Shown piece after piece: positions 11,745 to 25,320 of a DNA stretch of 64,000 nt. Position 1 is the stretch's first letter; each line of letters begins with the position of its first letter. The notes below the pieces were generated by a model, which worked only from the letters and a program-made list of their open reading frames with translations, did not search any database and was not told the origin of the DNA. The position numbers and the translations under genes are program-made. Origin of the DNA: Felis catus (taxonomy: Eukaryota); assembly GCF_018350175.1 (NCBI RefSeq), contig NC_058373.1:118236001-118300000 (forward strand), given 5' to 3'.

Positions 11745-14050
11745 AAGGGAAAAAATGTTGGATAACAGAAAACCTATGGCCTTTGCATTTCTTGTAAGTT
11801 TTAGGATCAGCTTGTCAGTGTCTACAAGCTACATTTCAAAAAAATGGGAATGTAAAGAATTTTGAATACCCAAAACAATTTTGAAAGAGGACAAATTGGT
11901 GGATTTATACTATGTGATTTCAGAACTTACTCTAACACCATAGTAATTTGGTACCTGGGTGGTTCAGTCGGGTAAGTGTTCAGCTTCAGCTCAGGTCATG
12001 GTCTCATGGTTCATGAGTTCAAGTCCGCATCTGGCTCTCTTGCTGACAGCACAGAGCCTGCTTCGGATCCTCTGTCCCCCTCTCTCTGCCTCTCCTCTGC
12101 TCATGATCACTCTCTCTCCTTCAAAAATAAATAAACATTAAAAAAAATTAAGTAAAGCCATAGTAATCAGTTCAGGCACAAGGAGAGGCATATAAATCAG
12201 TGGAACAGAATTGCTAGTCTAGATGTAAATACTTACATTTATGGTCAATAATTTTTTTTACAAAGATGCTAAAATAATTCAACAGGAAAAGGGTATGTAA
12301 TCTTTTCAACCAGTGGTGCTGGGACAATTAGATATCCACATGCAAAAGAATGAGTGGAAACTCCTGCCTCACCCTATCCATCCATCATGCCCACAATCAA
12401 AAATGAACTCAAAATGGATCATAAACTGAAATGTAAGTGGTTAAAATAAATTTCTAGAAGAAAACGAAAGAGAAAAACTTATGACCTTGGGTTGGGCAGA
12501 GTTCTTCAATACAACACTGATACATAGAAGAAAAAATTGATAGATTGGACTTCACCAAAATTAAAAACTTGCATTCAAAAGATACCATTAAGAGGAGAAA
12601 TATTTGTACACCCAATTTCATAGCATTATCCACAATAGCCATGAGGTGGAAGCAATCCAAGTGTCCACTGATGGATGAGTGTATAAATGTGCATACACAC
12701 AGTGGAATATTATTCAGCCTTAAAAAGGAAGGACATTCTAACATGCTGTATAACATGGATGAACTTGAGGACATTATGCTAAGTGAAGTAAGCCAGTCAC
12801 AAAAAGACAAATACTGTATGATATGAAGTACCTAGAGTAGTCAAACTTAGAGACAGAAAATAGAATGATGGTTGCCAGAGGATGGAGGGAGAAAAGGAGG
12901 AGGAGTTTGTGTTTAATGCGTACAGAGTTTTAGTTTTGCAAGATGAAAAGAGTTCTGTGAATGGATGATGAGGATGGAGTACAACAGTGTGAGTTTACTT
13001 AATGCCGTTGAGTTGTATATTTTGCTATGAAAAAAAATTTTTTTTAAGATACCATTAAGAAAAGGAAAAGAGGGGTGCCTGGGTGGCATCAGTCGGTTAA
13101 GCATCCAGCCCTTGATTTCGGCTCAAGGTATGATCTCACAGTTCCTAGGATCCAGCCCTACATCAGGCTCTGTGCTGATAGTGTGGAGCCTGCTTGGCAT
13201 TCTCTCTCTCCTCCTCTCAAATAAATAAACATAAAAAGAAAAAGAAAAGAAGACACAGACTGTGAGAAAAGCTATACAAACCACATTTCGAGTCTATTCA
13301 AGACTTGTGTTAAGGATATATATATAAAGAATGCTTACAACTCAATAATAGGAGATTACCCATTTAAAAAATAGGGACATGCTTTGGATAAACATTTCAG
13401 CAAAGGAGAAATATAAGAGGTAATAAACACATGAAACTCTGCTCAACACCATTATTCAGAATGGCTGTAATCAAAAAGGGTACCAATATCAGGCGTTGGT
13501 GAAGGAAGTAAAGAAACTGGAACCCTGAGGTCTTGCTGGTGGCAATGTAAACTGGTGCAGCCAGTATGGAAAACAATTTGGCAGTTTCTTAAAAAACTAA
13601 AGATAAACTTACCATATAACGCAGCAATCCCATTTGTAGGAATCTACCCAATGGAAATGAAAACAATGTCCACACAAAGATGTGTACGCCTGGTCACAGC
13701 ATGATGTTCATAGCACCATTATTCATAATAGCCCCAAAATGAATACGTTCCATTGTCCATCAACTAGTGTATTCACACAGTGGAAAACTGACCAGTAAAA
13801 AGAAAGTGCAGACAAGTGCAATTTCATGGATAAACCTCGAAAATACATTACGTGAAAGAAGCCAGTCACAAAGACTACATAGTGTTACGTGTCCATTTTA
13901 TGAAGTGTCTCGAAAAGCCAAATTTATAGAGAGAGAAGACATCAGTGTTGCTTAAGGCCTAGGGTGATGGAAATGTGGATTGTGGTGATGGTTGGACAAC
14001 TCTACATCTTTTACAATAATTGAACAATGGGTGAATTTTATGAAGTAAAT
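11745..14050 (+). mobile_element. Composite decayed LINE-1 (ORF2 end and 3' UTR) interrupted by SINEs at about 11948-12150 and 13072-13250
   Basis: ORF2-like peptides DFTKIKNLHSKDTIK and WKQSKCPLMDE...LEDIMLSEVSQSQKDKYCMI. Confidence 0.88.
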
Positions 14051-14319
14051 TATAGGGGTTCTTGTGAAGATTTGTTAGAACAAGTGCCAGGTGTAAACCA
14101 GGCAGTCAATAGATGACTGCTGTTATTTATTGTTCCTTGTTATATGTAACAACAGCATCTCAATGTTGAAGACCCCAGAGCCAGTCATACAGAATCTGAA
14201 ACTCATATTGGAGGAAAACAAAAAAGAAAGAAAACCTAGCTAAAGCCAAAATTTATATGTCCTTTACTGCTTTCTCATTCAATACAGGATGGAATGTGGC
14301 AGTGACAGTTTTGAATTGA

Positions 14320-14496
<177 letters not shown>

Positions 14497-14566
14497 TAAT
14501 AAAAACATGTCTGAAATCCTCACCTCAGAACTCTGATTATGCTGTCCCTTTAAGGTAGTCTGTTTT

Positions 14567-14785
14567 ATTTTTTGCTTTTTAAAGTTTATTTATTTATTTT
14601 GAGAGACACAGAGACAGCACAAGTGGGAGAGGGGCAGAGAGAGAGGGAGAGAGAGAATCCCAAAAAGGCTCCGCGCTGCCAGCACAGAGCCCGATGCAGG
14701 GCTCAAAACCATGAGACCACGAGATCATGACCTGAGCTGAAACCAAGAGTAGGACACTTAATGGACTGAGCCACCCAAGTGGCCC
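14567..14785 (-). mobile_element. CAN-SINE with TSD TAAGG(T/C)AGTCTGTTTT
   Basis: Typical body and TSD. Confidence 0.92.
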
Positions 14786-14861
14786 TAAGGCAGTCTGTTT
14801 TCACCCTAGCTGGGTTGAGTGTGCCATTCACCTGGAGAGCTTTTTAAAAACAAATTAACTG

Positions 14862-15083
14862 GGGGCGCCTGGGTGGCGCAGTCGGTTAAGCGTCCGACTT
14901 CAGCCAGGTCACGATCTCGCGGTCCGGGAGTTCGAGCCCCGCGTCAGGCTCTGGGCTGATGGCTCAGAGCCTGGAGCCTGTTTCCGATTCTGTGTCTCCC
15001 TCTCTCTCTGCCCCTCCCCCGTTCATGCTCTGTCTCTCTCTGTCCCAAAAATAAATAAACGTTGAAAAAAAAAATTTTTTTTT
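14862..15083 (+). mobile_element. Young SINEC_Fc-type SINE
   Basis: CpG-intact body; perfect TSD AAACAAATTAACTG at 14848-14861 and 15084-15097. Confidence 0.95.
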
Positions 15084-16417
15084 AAACAAATTAACTGAAC
15101 CTCACCTAAATAGTTTGCCACCTGGCCACCCATTAAAATTACCCATTAAAATTGTGCATCCCTGCCCTGAGATATTTAATGTTTTAATTGTTTGGGTTTT
15201 TTTTAATTCCCCGGAAAGTTCTGATAAGCACCTCTGATTGGGAACAGCTGCTTCAAGCCTGGCAGCGTAGACATGAAGGAAAATAGCTGTGTTAGATCAG
15301 TCTTAAAGGGGTACTCATCCTCACTTTGTTCCTGAGTCTGGTGGTGGTTTTGCCTTTAATGCCGCAACCTGCAGCAGGCAGTATTCCGGGGGCAGCAAGT
15401 CTGAGGCGAGAAAAGCTAACACAGCGCTCGATGCCACATAGGTCTTGCTTGTAGCACCACAACATGAACCCCGACGCTTTCAAAACTATAAGTAACTCTT
15501 AAGGTATTTCTTACTGGTATTTTTGCTAAAGATGTGATGTCTGATATGTGTCCATGAAGTTAGATGAGAGGTGAGTTGAGAGCCATTACTTACGAGTTTA
15601 TTTTATGCTGACCTCTGTGGTTTATCATGATCATAAAACCAGTTAGAATTTTCATGTGTTTTATTTTTCTTTATTTTTATTTACTTTTCTGGATGTGTTG
15701 TATCTTTTAAGAGGAAAATGACTTATTTTGGATAAACTTGAAATGCTCAGTTTTCAGACATTGTCTTAGTAGTTAGGGTAAAAAAACGGACAATATTATA
15801 TGGCTGCTCTGTGTTTACAAGAAAGCAACACAGGTGTTCTCCTGCTTTCTGAAGGTGCAGATTAAACCACTTTGCTGTTTTCGATAACAGAAAGAAATCC
15901 AAGGAAGATTTTTGCTTTTACAAAAAGGCCGTTATCATACTAATGAAGGTCTTTCATTAAAAAAAGTGGCATAATTGGAACTTTCAGGAAGTGGGGATAT
16001 GCTTCGCTTGATGCTGTTTCGGCTTACAAAAGGCTTCATAGGAACGCTCTACTTTCAGATAGAGAAACTTGTATATGCTTCATGAACTTGTATTGGTTTA
16101 TTCGGTGAGCATCTCTTTGCCCCCGTACAACATAAAGGGTGCTTCTCGCCTCCAGGACTTTAGTCAGCCAAACTAAACTCACAGTAGCCAACTCAATATT
16201 TTAAGTAGAAATTTCAGTATTATTTAATTTTTAAAAAATAGTTTTATTTTTAGATTCTATTCCTTACCTAGAATTAAGTGTGTGCATAATGAACTCTGTA
16301 TTGTAAAGGAAAATAAATGTTGTTTCCAAACGTAACGAAAAAAATTGCCCTAAAATTTAAGCTCAAAGGATAATATTCAGTGAACTAAATACTTGTGATT
16401 GGGTTGTTTTTGCATGA

Positions 16418-16624
<207 letters not shown>

Positions 16625-17063
16625 TATATTTGCAATTAGAATCCCATGGATTTTTCTCCTTTGACTATAATTAAACCTGGGGAGGACAAAGATGATTTTA
16701 CTGTGTCCACATCTAACAAAGGCAAGATTCCCAGCTGGACATTCGCAGCTTCCTTCCAAGTCTTCCTGACCACCTGTACCATTGGGCACTGGAAGAAGAT
16801 GTCTACAGAAAATGGTTTTGAACACACGTCATCATGACGGACTGAGTCCCTCGGTGCAAAAACTACCAGATTTGAGGGACAAGGATGAGGAGGAGGGACG
16901 GACCAAGAAGTTGCTGTGCTCCCACCAGCAATTTGACCCTTGGTCACAGGTGGATTTTACCAACACTGCAGACTCTCAGGACTCCCATTACCGAGAAGTT
17001 AAACCAAACAGGTTTAAACCAAACAGGACTCTTCATCTTAAACTACATGTTGAAGATCAACCT

Positions 17064-17069
17064 AATAAA
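17064..17069 (+). terminator. Candidate proximal polyadenylation signal of PSEN1
   Basis: AATAAA 440 nt after the stop codon. Confidence 0.4.
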
Positions 17070-18369
17070 CCTGTATTGAACTCTGAACCTTTTCAGGAGG
17101 TACTGTAAGGAGAGCAGGCACCAGCAGCAACACGAAAAGGTTTTTGAAAAGGGGCTCTAACTTTCACTTTCAAACCTTTCTGCTGCAGACTTATCATTTT
17201 TAAATAAGACTTTTTTTTTTTTTCACCTTGAGTCAAGTCAGATATGTAGGTTGATTTTGAAAATTTTTGTTTTCAAGCACTGAAACTCATCTATGGTTGC
17301 ATTTCTTCCCATGGCCAGTCTGAACTTACTTGCTTTATCCTAAAAGTCTTAACCTCAGGTTCCAAATTCAGAAATTTCTGGAAAGAATGGAACTATATCT
17401 AAACGGTTTCCTGTCAGCCTTAGGTGAATTCTGGGTTTTCCACCAAATTCTTTATTTTTAGACATACTTGTAGGTTTACTTGCCCTGGATGCTTCCATTG
17501 TTCCCATCTCTCCCTGACTCCCCATAAGCATTCTCTTCTACAGCAAATGAGACAGCTCTGTTGTGGTAGCAGATGATCCAGTTATTCTAGGATTTTACTC
17601 TTTGTGTGGTGCAAAGAATGTGTTAATGAATCAGTGCTGTCAGCCTCACTGTCATAATTTCTTCAGTAGCAAATACAATGTGTGCCCAAAGACAGTAGAA
17701 TTAAAGAAGAGTAAAATGGCTGGTGAAGCACTTCCTGTCCTGTTTTTTCTTTTTTTTACTACAACCCATTCATTGTCTCTGACACTAGGTCAGAATTTAA
17801 ACCAATAGCCAAAAGCTGGTGGATTATAAAGTCAGTTGTATCAGTACAAAGCAAGAATTTGGAGAAAGCCATGATTTTACTCGGTGAGCCACGGGAGAAC
17901 CAAGGGTCAGGAGGCGAACCAGATGCCGAGAAGAGAAAAGATGGGACCACTAACAGCCGATGGGACAAAATGAGTTAATGTCCCGTGGGCAGGTCTTAAG
18001 GAGGAGAGCCAAGTTATTCCTCAAGAACCTCACATTGGGTGTTTTGTGCTTTCCCTTCTGCCTTACCCTTCATTTCAGTGTACCTTTATACCTTTGAAGT
18101 GGGCAGTGGAGTTGAGGTCCTGCGCAGTTCAGCTGGACAGTGCACATAAACGGAGCCATCGGCCTGTGGGCACATGACACCTTTAAGTGGAGCTTTGCTG
18201 GGCATAGCCCTTCTTTTACCACTGACCACCTTTAGCCACAGTGATGAGATTATAAGCGTTTGTGAGACATTTAGTCTCCCCCTGTGGCTGAAGAAAGGCC
18301 AGCTTTTCTTCCTGTTCCTGCTTTCTCTCCAGCCTATCATGTGATCTAGTTTGCAGTTCCCTTTGGAGG

Positions 18370-18453
18370 TTGTTTTTGTTTTTGTTTTTTAATGTTTTAT
18401 TTTATTTTTTTGAGAGACATAGAGCGCCAGCCGGGGAGGGGCAGAGAGAGAGA

Positions 18454-18488
<35 letters not shown>

Positions 18489-18614
18489 TCCGAAGCAGGC
18501 TCCAGGCTCTGAGCTGTCAGCACAGAGCCCGATGCAGGGCTCGAACCCACGAACGCGAGATCATGACCTGAGCTGAAGTTGGACGCTCAACCAACTGAGC
18601 CACCCAGGTACCCC
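18370..18614 (-). mobile_element. CAN-SINE inside the putative PSEN1 3' UTR, with (AC)n expansion
   Basis: Typical body; (CA)n at about 18455-18484. Confidence 0.92.
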
Positions 18615-19031
18615 GTCCTTGGAGTTTAGAATAGTTGTTTTCTGTCACAGCATATTTTTTTATAAGAAACTAAATTTAGCAGTAGTGTGCTGTTGGGAGT
18701 ATAACTGGAGTATAAGTAAAAACTGGCTCATATTAGGTAGTTGAGAAATGCAGGAAAAACAAGTCAATGCACAGAAAGAGTGGGGCTTAAAATAGGTTCT
18801 CGCATCTCTTTGCTTAGCCCCTTTTTTCCAGGATTCTTTTTCCTCATATATAGCAATGTGGGTATTAACTTCTAGAAAGACACATGATTGAACCACTACA
18901 GCAAAGCCACCTGAATATGTTTATGATTTGAGGCAGTCTTGAGGGAGCCCTGATCTAGACTAGTTATTAGTGCGAAGGTCCCAAAAGTACCATATCTTTC
19001 ACGAAAGGTTTTATCCCAGAAGAGGGTATGT

Positions 19032-19032
<1 letters not shown>

Positions 19033-19071
<39 letters not shown>
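19033..19071. repeat. (TG)n microsatellite
   Basis: Direct reading. Confidence 0.95.
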
Positions 19072-19072
<1 letters not shown>

Positions 19073-21066
19073 TTTAATCCATCCTTTGTATCACTGTCCT
19101 ATGTAGAAAGATGGCAATAAATCTCGCTTTCTGCAGGACGGACCACAGCTCAGCATAGAACTCTTTAAATCGCCAATCTCAGATACAGAACTTTGAACTT
19201 TCTTCTTAGGGTTAATTCAGTTGTTTTTGAAATGTCAAAATGCTAGTCTTCCACCATGAAAACTAGATTATCACCAGGGAAAACAGTAGCAAGTCCACTG
19301 AGGATGTGCCCTCACACAGGGCAGGGGTGGCTGTGGAGCTGGCCCAACAAAGCAGGATCAGCCCAGGCAACCTGCTTGATGAAGAGGAGGAAGGAGAGTG
19401 ACCGCTAATGTCTGGGTCTGACTGGCCTGCGGAACCAAGAGTGTGTACATACAGAAGGTTGCTACTAGCCTGTGGGCATACCAACCATATTTGGAAGATA
19501 ACGGACCTTTTTTCAAAGAGGAAGAGCGTGTTCTCCTGTTCTTGATTCTCACGAGGTTAGTGTATGGTCGGTCCTAGGATCACCACTCTCACTGTAAATG
19601 ATTAAATTTCTTGATTAGAAAAAAAAGCTTTCTAAGCAACTTGAAAGAAAACAATCATAAGTGAATGATTTATTGATTTTGCTACAGAAGCATGGGCTTT
19701 TCACTTTTGAGTTCTTGAATCCTCACTTTTTAAAGTGTCTCTTGTTTTTAAAAACCCTTCTTCCATAACCAGTGTCCATACAGTAAGTTTAGTACTTGGC
19801 CTTTACTTGGCCTCAGAAAACTATATAGTCATCCTGGTCATAATTTGTAGAATATGAGACAAAGGTTAAGCTCCCACATAAGATCTTCCAGGGTCAGCGT
19901 CTCGAGGAAGCCTGACCTCCAGGGCCTGGCCTTGCACATTTGCCCCATTCATGATCTAGCCCTAGAAGAGAAAGAGCTCAGAGGCCACTATGAAAACATT
20001 TTTTCAGTGTCTTCCATGTTCCTGGCATGGTGCTCGAGTCTAAAGATGTGAAGATGAGTAAGACCTATCCTCAGAATACATCTGTAGTTTCCTGTTTCCT
20101 GATACATGCCATCTTGAACTTCTCTAAAATATTGGGTACTTGTCAGTAACCCCTTCTTATGGTTACCATCACTGAGGGCTTATAAAATTGATGTTACAAA
20201 GGTGATCTTGATTCTTCCAGAAACCAACCCTTTCAATGAAGTACTCCTTTTCCTCTATCTGCTTTTGGATAGTCCATAACGGCCTGACCCGCCATTCTCC
20301 TCACCTCCGGGGGTGTCCACAAAGCTGACTCTGCAAAGGGAACTTGAAAACTGGACATTTGGTCTTGCCCTGGGATGAAACAGTATCATCATCATGAGTT
20401 TGAGACCAGAAGTGATCCTTAACGATTTTCTTGCTTCTCTTTAAATGCCCCTAAACACAGGAGATTAAAAACAATGGTTTCAACTCTTCACAGGCTTCAG
20501 TGAAATTGCTGAGCAGTGTACTAACAAGGGTGTCGTCATGCTCACCTCCTGAATCCTCTGGATGGCATCATCTGAACCATCCTCTCCTCTGGCAGGAAAC
20601 ACCTCAGATGCGTGCATTAAAAATCAGCCTGGTGCTGAAACAAACCCTTTCTTTGAATGTTTACCAGGGCCTTGGATGCCTGCAACAATGCCCTCAGGAA
20701 GTAGCTGGGTCCACCCTGGGCCCTGGAACGTGGTTGTGGTGTTAGCACTTGAGCCTGGTGTGCGTAGCAGGAAAGATTTCCCAGGAAGCAGTTTTCCTTT
20801 GAAAATAAATAATCGTTGCAAAAGGGCAGCTTCGAAATCAATCAGCTGTAGAAAGTAGTACAGGATTGTTCACCGCGGGATTGGAGGTGCCGGTTGCAGG
20901 CTTCAGCGGGAACGTTGACATGTTTGTCTTCTGGCTTTTGCTTCTACAGGCACTGCTTTGTACATGATTCAGACAGACTGTGAATACGTCTTTTTTAAAA
21001 TACCTTTCAGATTCTTGGTGAGATATAATTTTGATAGATTGCAGGTTTTCCTGTGTTTGTCAAATT

Positions 21067-21072
21067 AATAAA
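21067..21072 (+). terminator. Candidate distal polyadenylation signal of PSEN1
   Basis: AATAAA preceded by U/GU-rich sequence, about 4.4 kb after the stop codon. Confidence 0.55.
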
Positions 21073-21430
21073 GACTGCATGAATCCAGCTGTGCTAATTT
21101 TCTTACGTGAAAGTAGTATAATGTGTAACTGGGAACTGCTGAACCTTTATCAGGACACAGTTAAGAAACATAAATGTGTTGTTCCTGTTATTCACTCAAA
21201 ATGGAAGGGTATGGACCATAGCAGGCCACAGCTCTGAAGGATATAGTATTAAGTCCATGAAAAGTCTTGAAACAACTATTCTGAATACTTGGCTTCTGAA
21301 AAAAATTTTTTCTAGAAAATATCTAACTCAAATTGATGTAAAAGCTGTCAAAACAACTCACAGGACGTGTATGCTGTAGTGCGGTGCAGATATTTTATGT
21401 GCTGGAGGGTTATCTTTTTAAAATCATTAT

Positions 21431-21531
21431 GGGAGTGCCTGGCTGGCGCAGTCAGTAGAGCATGCAACTCTCAGGGTCATGAGTTCAAGCCCCATGTTGG
21501 GTGTTGAGCTTACTTAAAAAAAAAAAAAAAA
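21431..21531 (+). mobile_element. Short CAN-SINE
   Basis: gggagtgcctggctggcgcagtcagtagagcatgc...polyA. Confidence 0.85.
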
Positions 21532-22509
21532 TACTATGTAGGTCACATCAATGGAAAAAAACAACATTACTTTTATTGATTGTCCTGTCACTTTCCTAAA
21601 ACTCTCCAAAACCTTTTGTTTCTAAATAGTGAATAGCATATAAAATGTTGGGAATGATTGATCAGAAATAAGATCGTGGCAAGAAAACCAAATTTGGCCA
21701 TTGTTCTCAGAAGGAGCATATGAGAGGTGCCTTCCTGGTTATATTGGCTAAGGGCATCAGGAAGCATGGAAGGTGTTCATTGTTCATTCCCTCCTTTGGG
21801 AATCGCATCATTTGCTTTTTTGAATCTTGTAGCAATGTCACGAAAGTTTGCCACAGAACTATCATGATTTGTCATCTGCTGGGAGAGGTTTCTGGTTTTT
21901 GGGGGTACTGACAACAGTGTTCTTAACGAGATGAAGAATGTCCTCTGGCAGAGTTGAGAAGCAAGAATAATGACATTGGACTTCCTGCATCACTTGGTAA
22001 GTACCACAGTCTTCTGTAGCCCAACCATTCTCTCTGGGTACTTTTCTGTGTGCTCTGCATGTGTGTGTGTGTGGTGGGGGTGGGGGGGGGGTGGGGAGTA
22101 CTTGCTTAGGATCTGGTTAGAAGTGAAATGACAGCTTCCGTAAGTACAATGTTGCCCCCTTATATTTGGGAGTCCAGAGCAATGGAAGGATCCGCAAAAG
22201 ACAGGGTTTAAGATGGGAATGTTTTCCAGAAACAAAGTTCGAACCAAATTTGAGAAAAAGGGAAGAGTCAGAATTGGCACGAAGACAACATATGCCAAAA
22301 ACAAAATCAGGAAGGAAGAGGTGTATGAGACACCCAAGGATAATTGGTTTCTGAATTAAAGTGATGGTTTATCCAGAGGAAAACCCATTTAGCTAACAAT
22401 CTTCCATAGGTACTTAGAATATATCTTCTTCATTAGATGATTTGTAGAAACCATGGAGGATGTGACCTGACCTGCTACACGGGCCTTTCAGCACAGGGGA
22501 CCTCTTAAA

Positions 22510-22976
22510 TTATTTTTTTTTAAATGTTTTTATTTATTTTTGAAGGAGTGAGAGAGACAGAGCATGAGCAGGGGAGGAACAGAGAGAGAGGGAGACACAG
22601 AATTCGAAGCAGGCTCCAGGCTCTAAGCTGTCCGCACAGAGTCCGACACCTGATGTGGGGCTCGAACCCACGAACTGTGAGATCGTGACCTGAGCTGAAG
22701 TTGGACGCTCAACTGACTGAGCCACCCAGGCACCCCCGGGGGACTCTTAATCTTGACCAAGATTCATTCTCTTACACAGGCTTGCCCTTCTGTGCCTTGT
22801 ATGCCACACCCTCTAAAGGGAAGAAATGGAAGGGCCTCAACCCAGGTTTGTTGGAGTCCTAATTTTTTAAGATATATTTTTTTTTAAGTAATCTCTACAC
22901 CCAATGTGGGGCTTGAACTCACAACCCCTGAGATCCAGAGTTGCATGTTCCACTGACTGAGCCAGCCAGGCACCCC
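22510..22976 (-). mobile_element. Two CAN-SINEs (22510-22736 long; 22875-22976 short)
   Basis: Typical bodies. Confidence 0.88.
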
Positions 22977-23771
22977 AGTGGAGTCCTATTTCTTAGGATA
23001 AAGGGTGACATACTCTTGCTGCCACTGTTTGCCCTTCTCCCCGCCCCCCCCCCCAAAAATTAACTGCATAGTTGTGCCAGGTCAATTCCCTATGCAAAAG
23101 AGGAAAGGATTTTGTTACCCCTCTACCCATAAGCATACCTTGAGGTGGAATGCACGTAAGGTTCTGATTGTGATTAGTTTTCTTGGGTAGCAGACCTAGT
23201 CAAGAGCCACTAAACTCAGAGATATGTATAAGGAAGATCTAAAAGTAGAAATAACACCAGGAGCTAGGTCAGTATATACTACTTTAAATACCCGGATTTA
23301 TGTGAATTCTTTAAGGGCCGGTGCATCCCCTCTGGACATGGCTAGCACAGTGATGGACACACAGTAGTCTCTCAAATACTGGGAGACACTGAGGAGAGAT
23401 TTGGGGGACTTTATCCTGCATCTAGATTTTTCAAGATTTTGTCCACCAAGTACTGTATGTAGCCTATTAGTAGTAATTTGTTTTTCTATTTACTAATTAG
23501 ATTTACCTACACATGCTGTAAAATGGCGTTAAGCTTGTTTGGTGAGGTGACTGGGTTTTACTTGCATGAGCCAGACAGATGTGAATGTAGGATTTGTTAA
23601 GATTTTCTGAAAGACTGAAAATGACCTCTCTGCCAATTCTTCTGCCATCGCGGGAATCTATCTGCTTGGGAAGCCTTGGTTTCCCAAGCTTCCTTCCCCT
23701 GCCCCATTCCCTCCTAGTTCAGGAGTCTTCTCTGGAATAACCCAGCCAGAAGGTCATCAGTAGACATCATC

Positions 23772-23932
23772 GGGGTGCCTTGGTGGCTCAGTCATTTAAG
23801 CATCCCACTCTTGATTTCAGTTCAGGTCATGATCTCATGGTTCATGAGATGGGGTCCTGTGGCAGGCTCTGCCCTGGCAGCACAGAACCTGCTTGGGATT
23901 CTCTCTCCCTCTCTCTGCCCTCCCCTGCTCAT

Positions 23933-23989
<57 letters not shown>

Positions 23990-23998
23990 GCAAATAAT
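23772..23998 (+). mobile_element. CAN-SINE with long (CT)n
   Basis: TSD AGACATCATC. Confidence 0.9.
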
Positions 23999-24639
23999 AA
24001 GAAGACATCATCAGGCCTGAGGACTGTGAAGTCCCAGTGGAAGGGGAAGGACTCTCATATCCTGTCTGACCTCTGCCTTCACTCTGGTCTCTTTCCTGTC
24101 TGCTTTCTAGGGCAGGGCTGGTAAAGGCAGAACGGACTTCACATTTTCTTTCTATGGCTACTCTGGCACTCAGACGGCTCTCCTGGCCCTTCAGAAGGGA
24201 ATTCCGTGAGTGTTAAGGGCCTTCAGCCTTTGTGGGAACCCCACAGTGCAACCAGCTAGCTTAGGGGTGAGTGTGTTGACTCTGGTGATGGAGGATACTG
24301 CCCCCGAACCGAGGTGCCCCTGTGTCAGATGGGCCCGTGGCAATGACCCCGGAGCAGCCACTGTAGGGAGACCTACGGACCGTCTTCTCCCCACCCCTGT
24401 CCACATGTAGCAGGTTATCCTTTGAGGGACTCTTTCTGGCCATCAAGGACCAGATTTTCCCCTTTCCCTCTTGTGCCCTAGAGAAACCGATGAGGTAATA
24501 AATAGACGTGTTACAAGTGATTATGCAACTTTGGTCATTAAAGATGTGACTCACCAAGGCACTCCAAGCCTGTGCTAATTGCACGGATTGATTTTTGTTT
24601 TTAAGTCAAATGCACTGGTAAACATTTTTGTGAGGGGAG

Positions 24640-25320
24640 GCGGGTGATCTGACCCAGAGAGGCCGGTCTCAGTGGGACGTCGAGGTGAGCAGGCAGGGCT
24701 GCCTGGCAGCTGCGGGCTCCCTGCCCACCTGCTGCTTGGTTAGGGCCCTCCGTCTCCCGCCTCCCCCAGCAGCGCCCTAGCCTGGCGGGCGAGGTGGAGG
24801 AAGAGGAGGAGGGCGAGGCCTGGCCACCCCCGCACGGGGCTCCTGCCCCGCCCCGGGCCCCGGGGCCCACCCCCCACGGGGCTGGCCGGCCCAGCTGGTT
24901 TGGCAGCCGCGTCCCTAAATCCGCCCCTCCCCGGCCGCCGCCACCGCCTCACCCCTCCCCGGGATCCGACTCCCTCCGTGGGGGCCGCGGGCCTGCGGCC
25001 TCGTTCCGTTTCCCGGGGGTCTGACGCTCACGCGGCTCCCCCAGCAGCCCGGACACACGCCTCTTATTTTGTCGCGGCCCGGTTCTCTGGACAGGGAAGC
25101 CAGCAGAGAAGGTCTCTCGTCCACCCTGGCGCCTCTGGCAGGATGAGGGGAGCCAGTGTGGGCAAGTGCACGCAGACCGCGAGGCTGTGCCTCCCAGCTG
25201 GCGGGCCGCCAGCCCCCACGCACCCCCCCCCCCGCCGCACCCTCTAGCGGTGTGGGGACCAGCGGGAGGAAGCGGTGGGGGGAGCTGGGTGCGTGCACTC
25301 ACCGCCCCATCCCAGGCCTC
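24640..25320. promoter_or_regulatory. Intergenic CpG island with GC boxes
   Basis: Very GC- and CpG-rich stretch; GCCCCGCCCC at 24845-24854, CCGCCCCTCCC near 24921; no repeat or coding signature. Confidence 0.75.

Larger units (their letters stand above)
16625..21095 (+). other. PSEN1: PSEN1 3' UTR (long form; end inferred)
   Basis: Follows the stop codon; poly(A) hexamers at 17064 (AATAAA), 17700 (ATTAAA), 19116 and 21067 (AATAAA). The end position is inferred from the distal hexamer. Confidence 0.6.

Noticed and set aside
12454..12826. ORFs resembling L1 ORF2
   Set aside because: Short decayed LINE-1 fragments with no intact reverse transcriptase.
14862..14945. tRNA-like A/B boxes
   Set aside because: tRNA-derived SINE head followed by CT tract, A tail and TSD; not a tRNA gene.
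15128..15153. Tandem ACCCATTAAAATT x2 containing two ATTAAA
   Set aside because: Simple slippage duplication; no other support for intronic polyadenylation.
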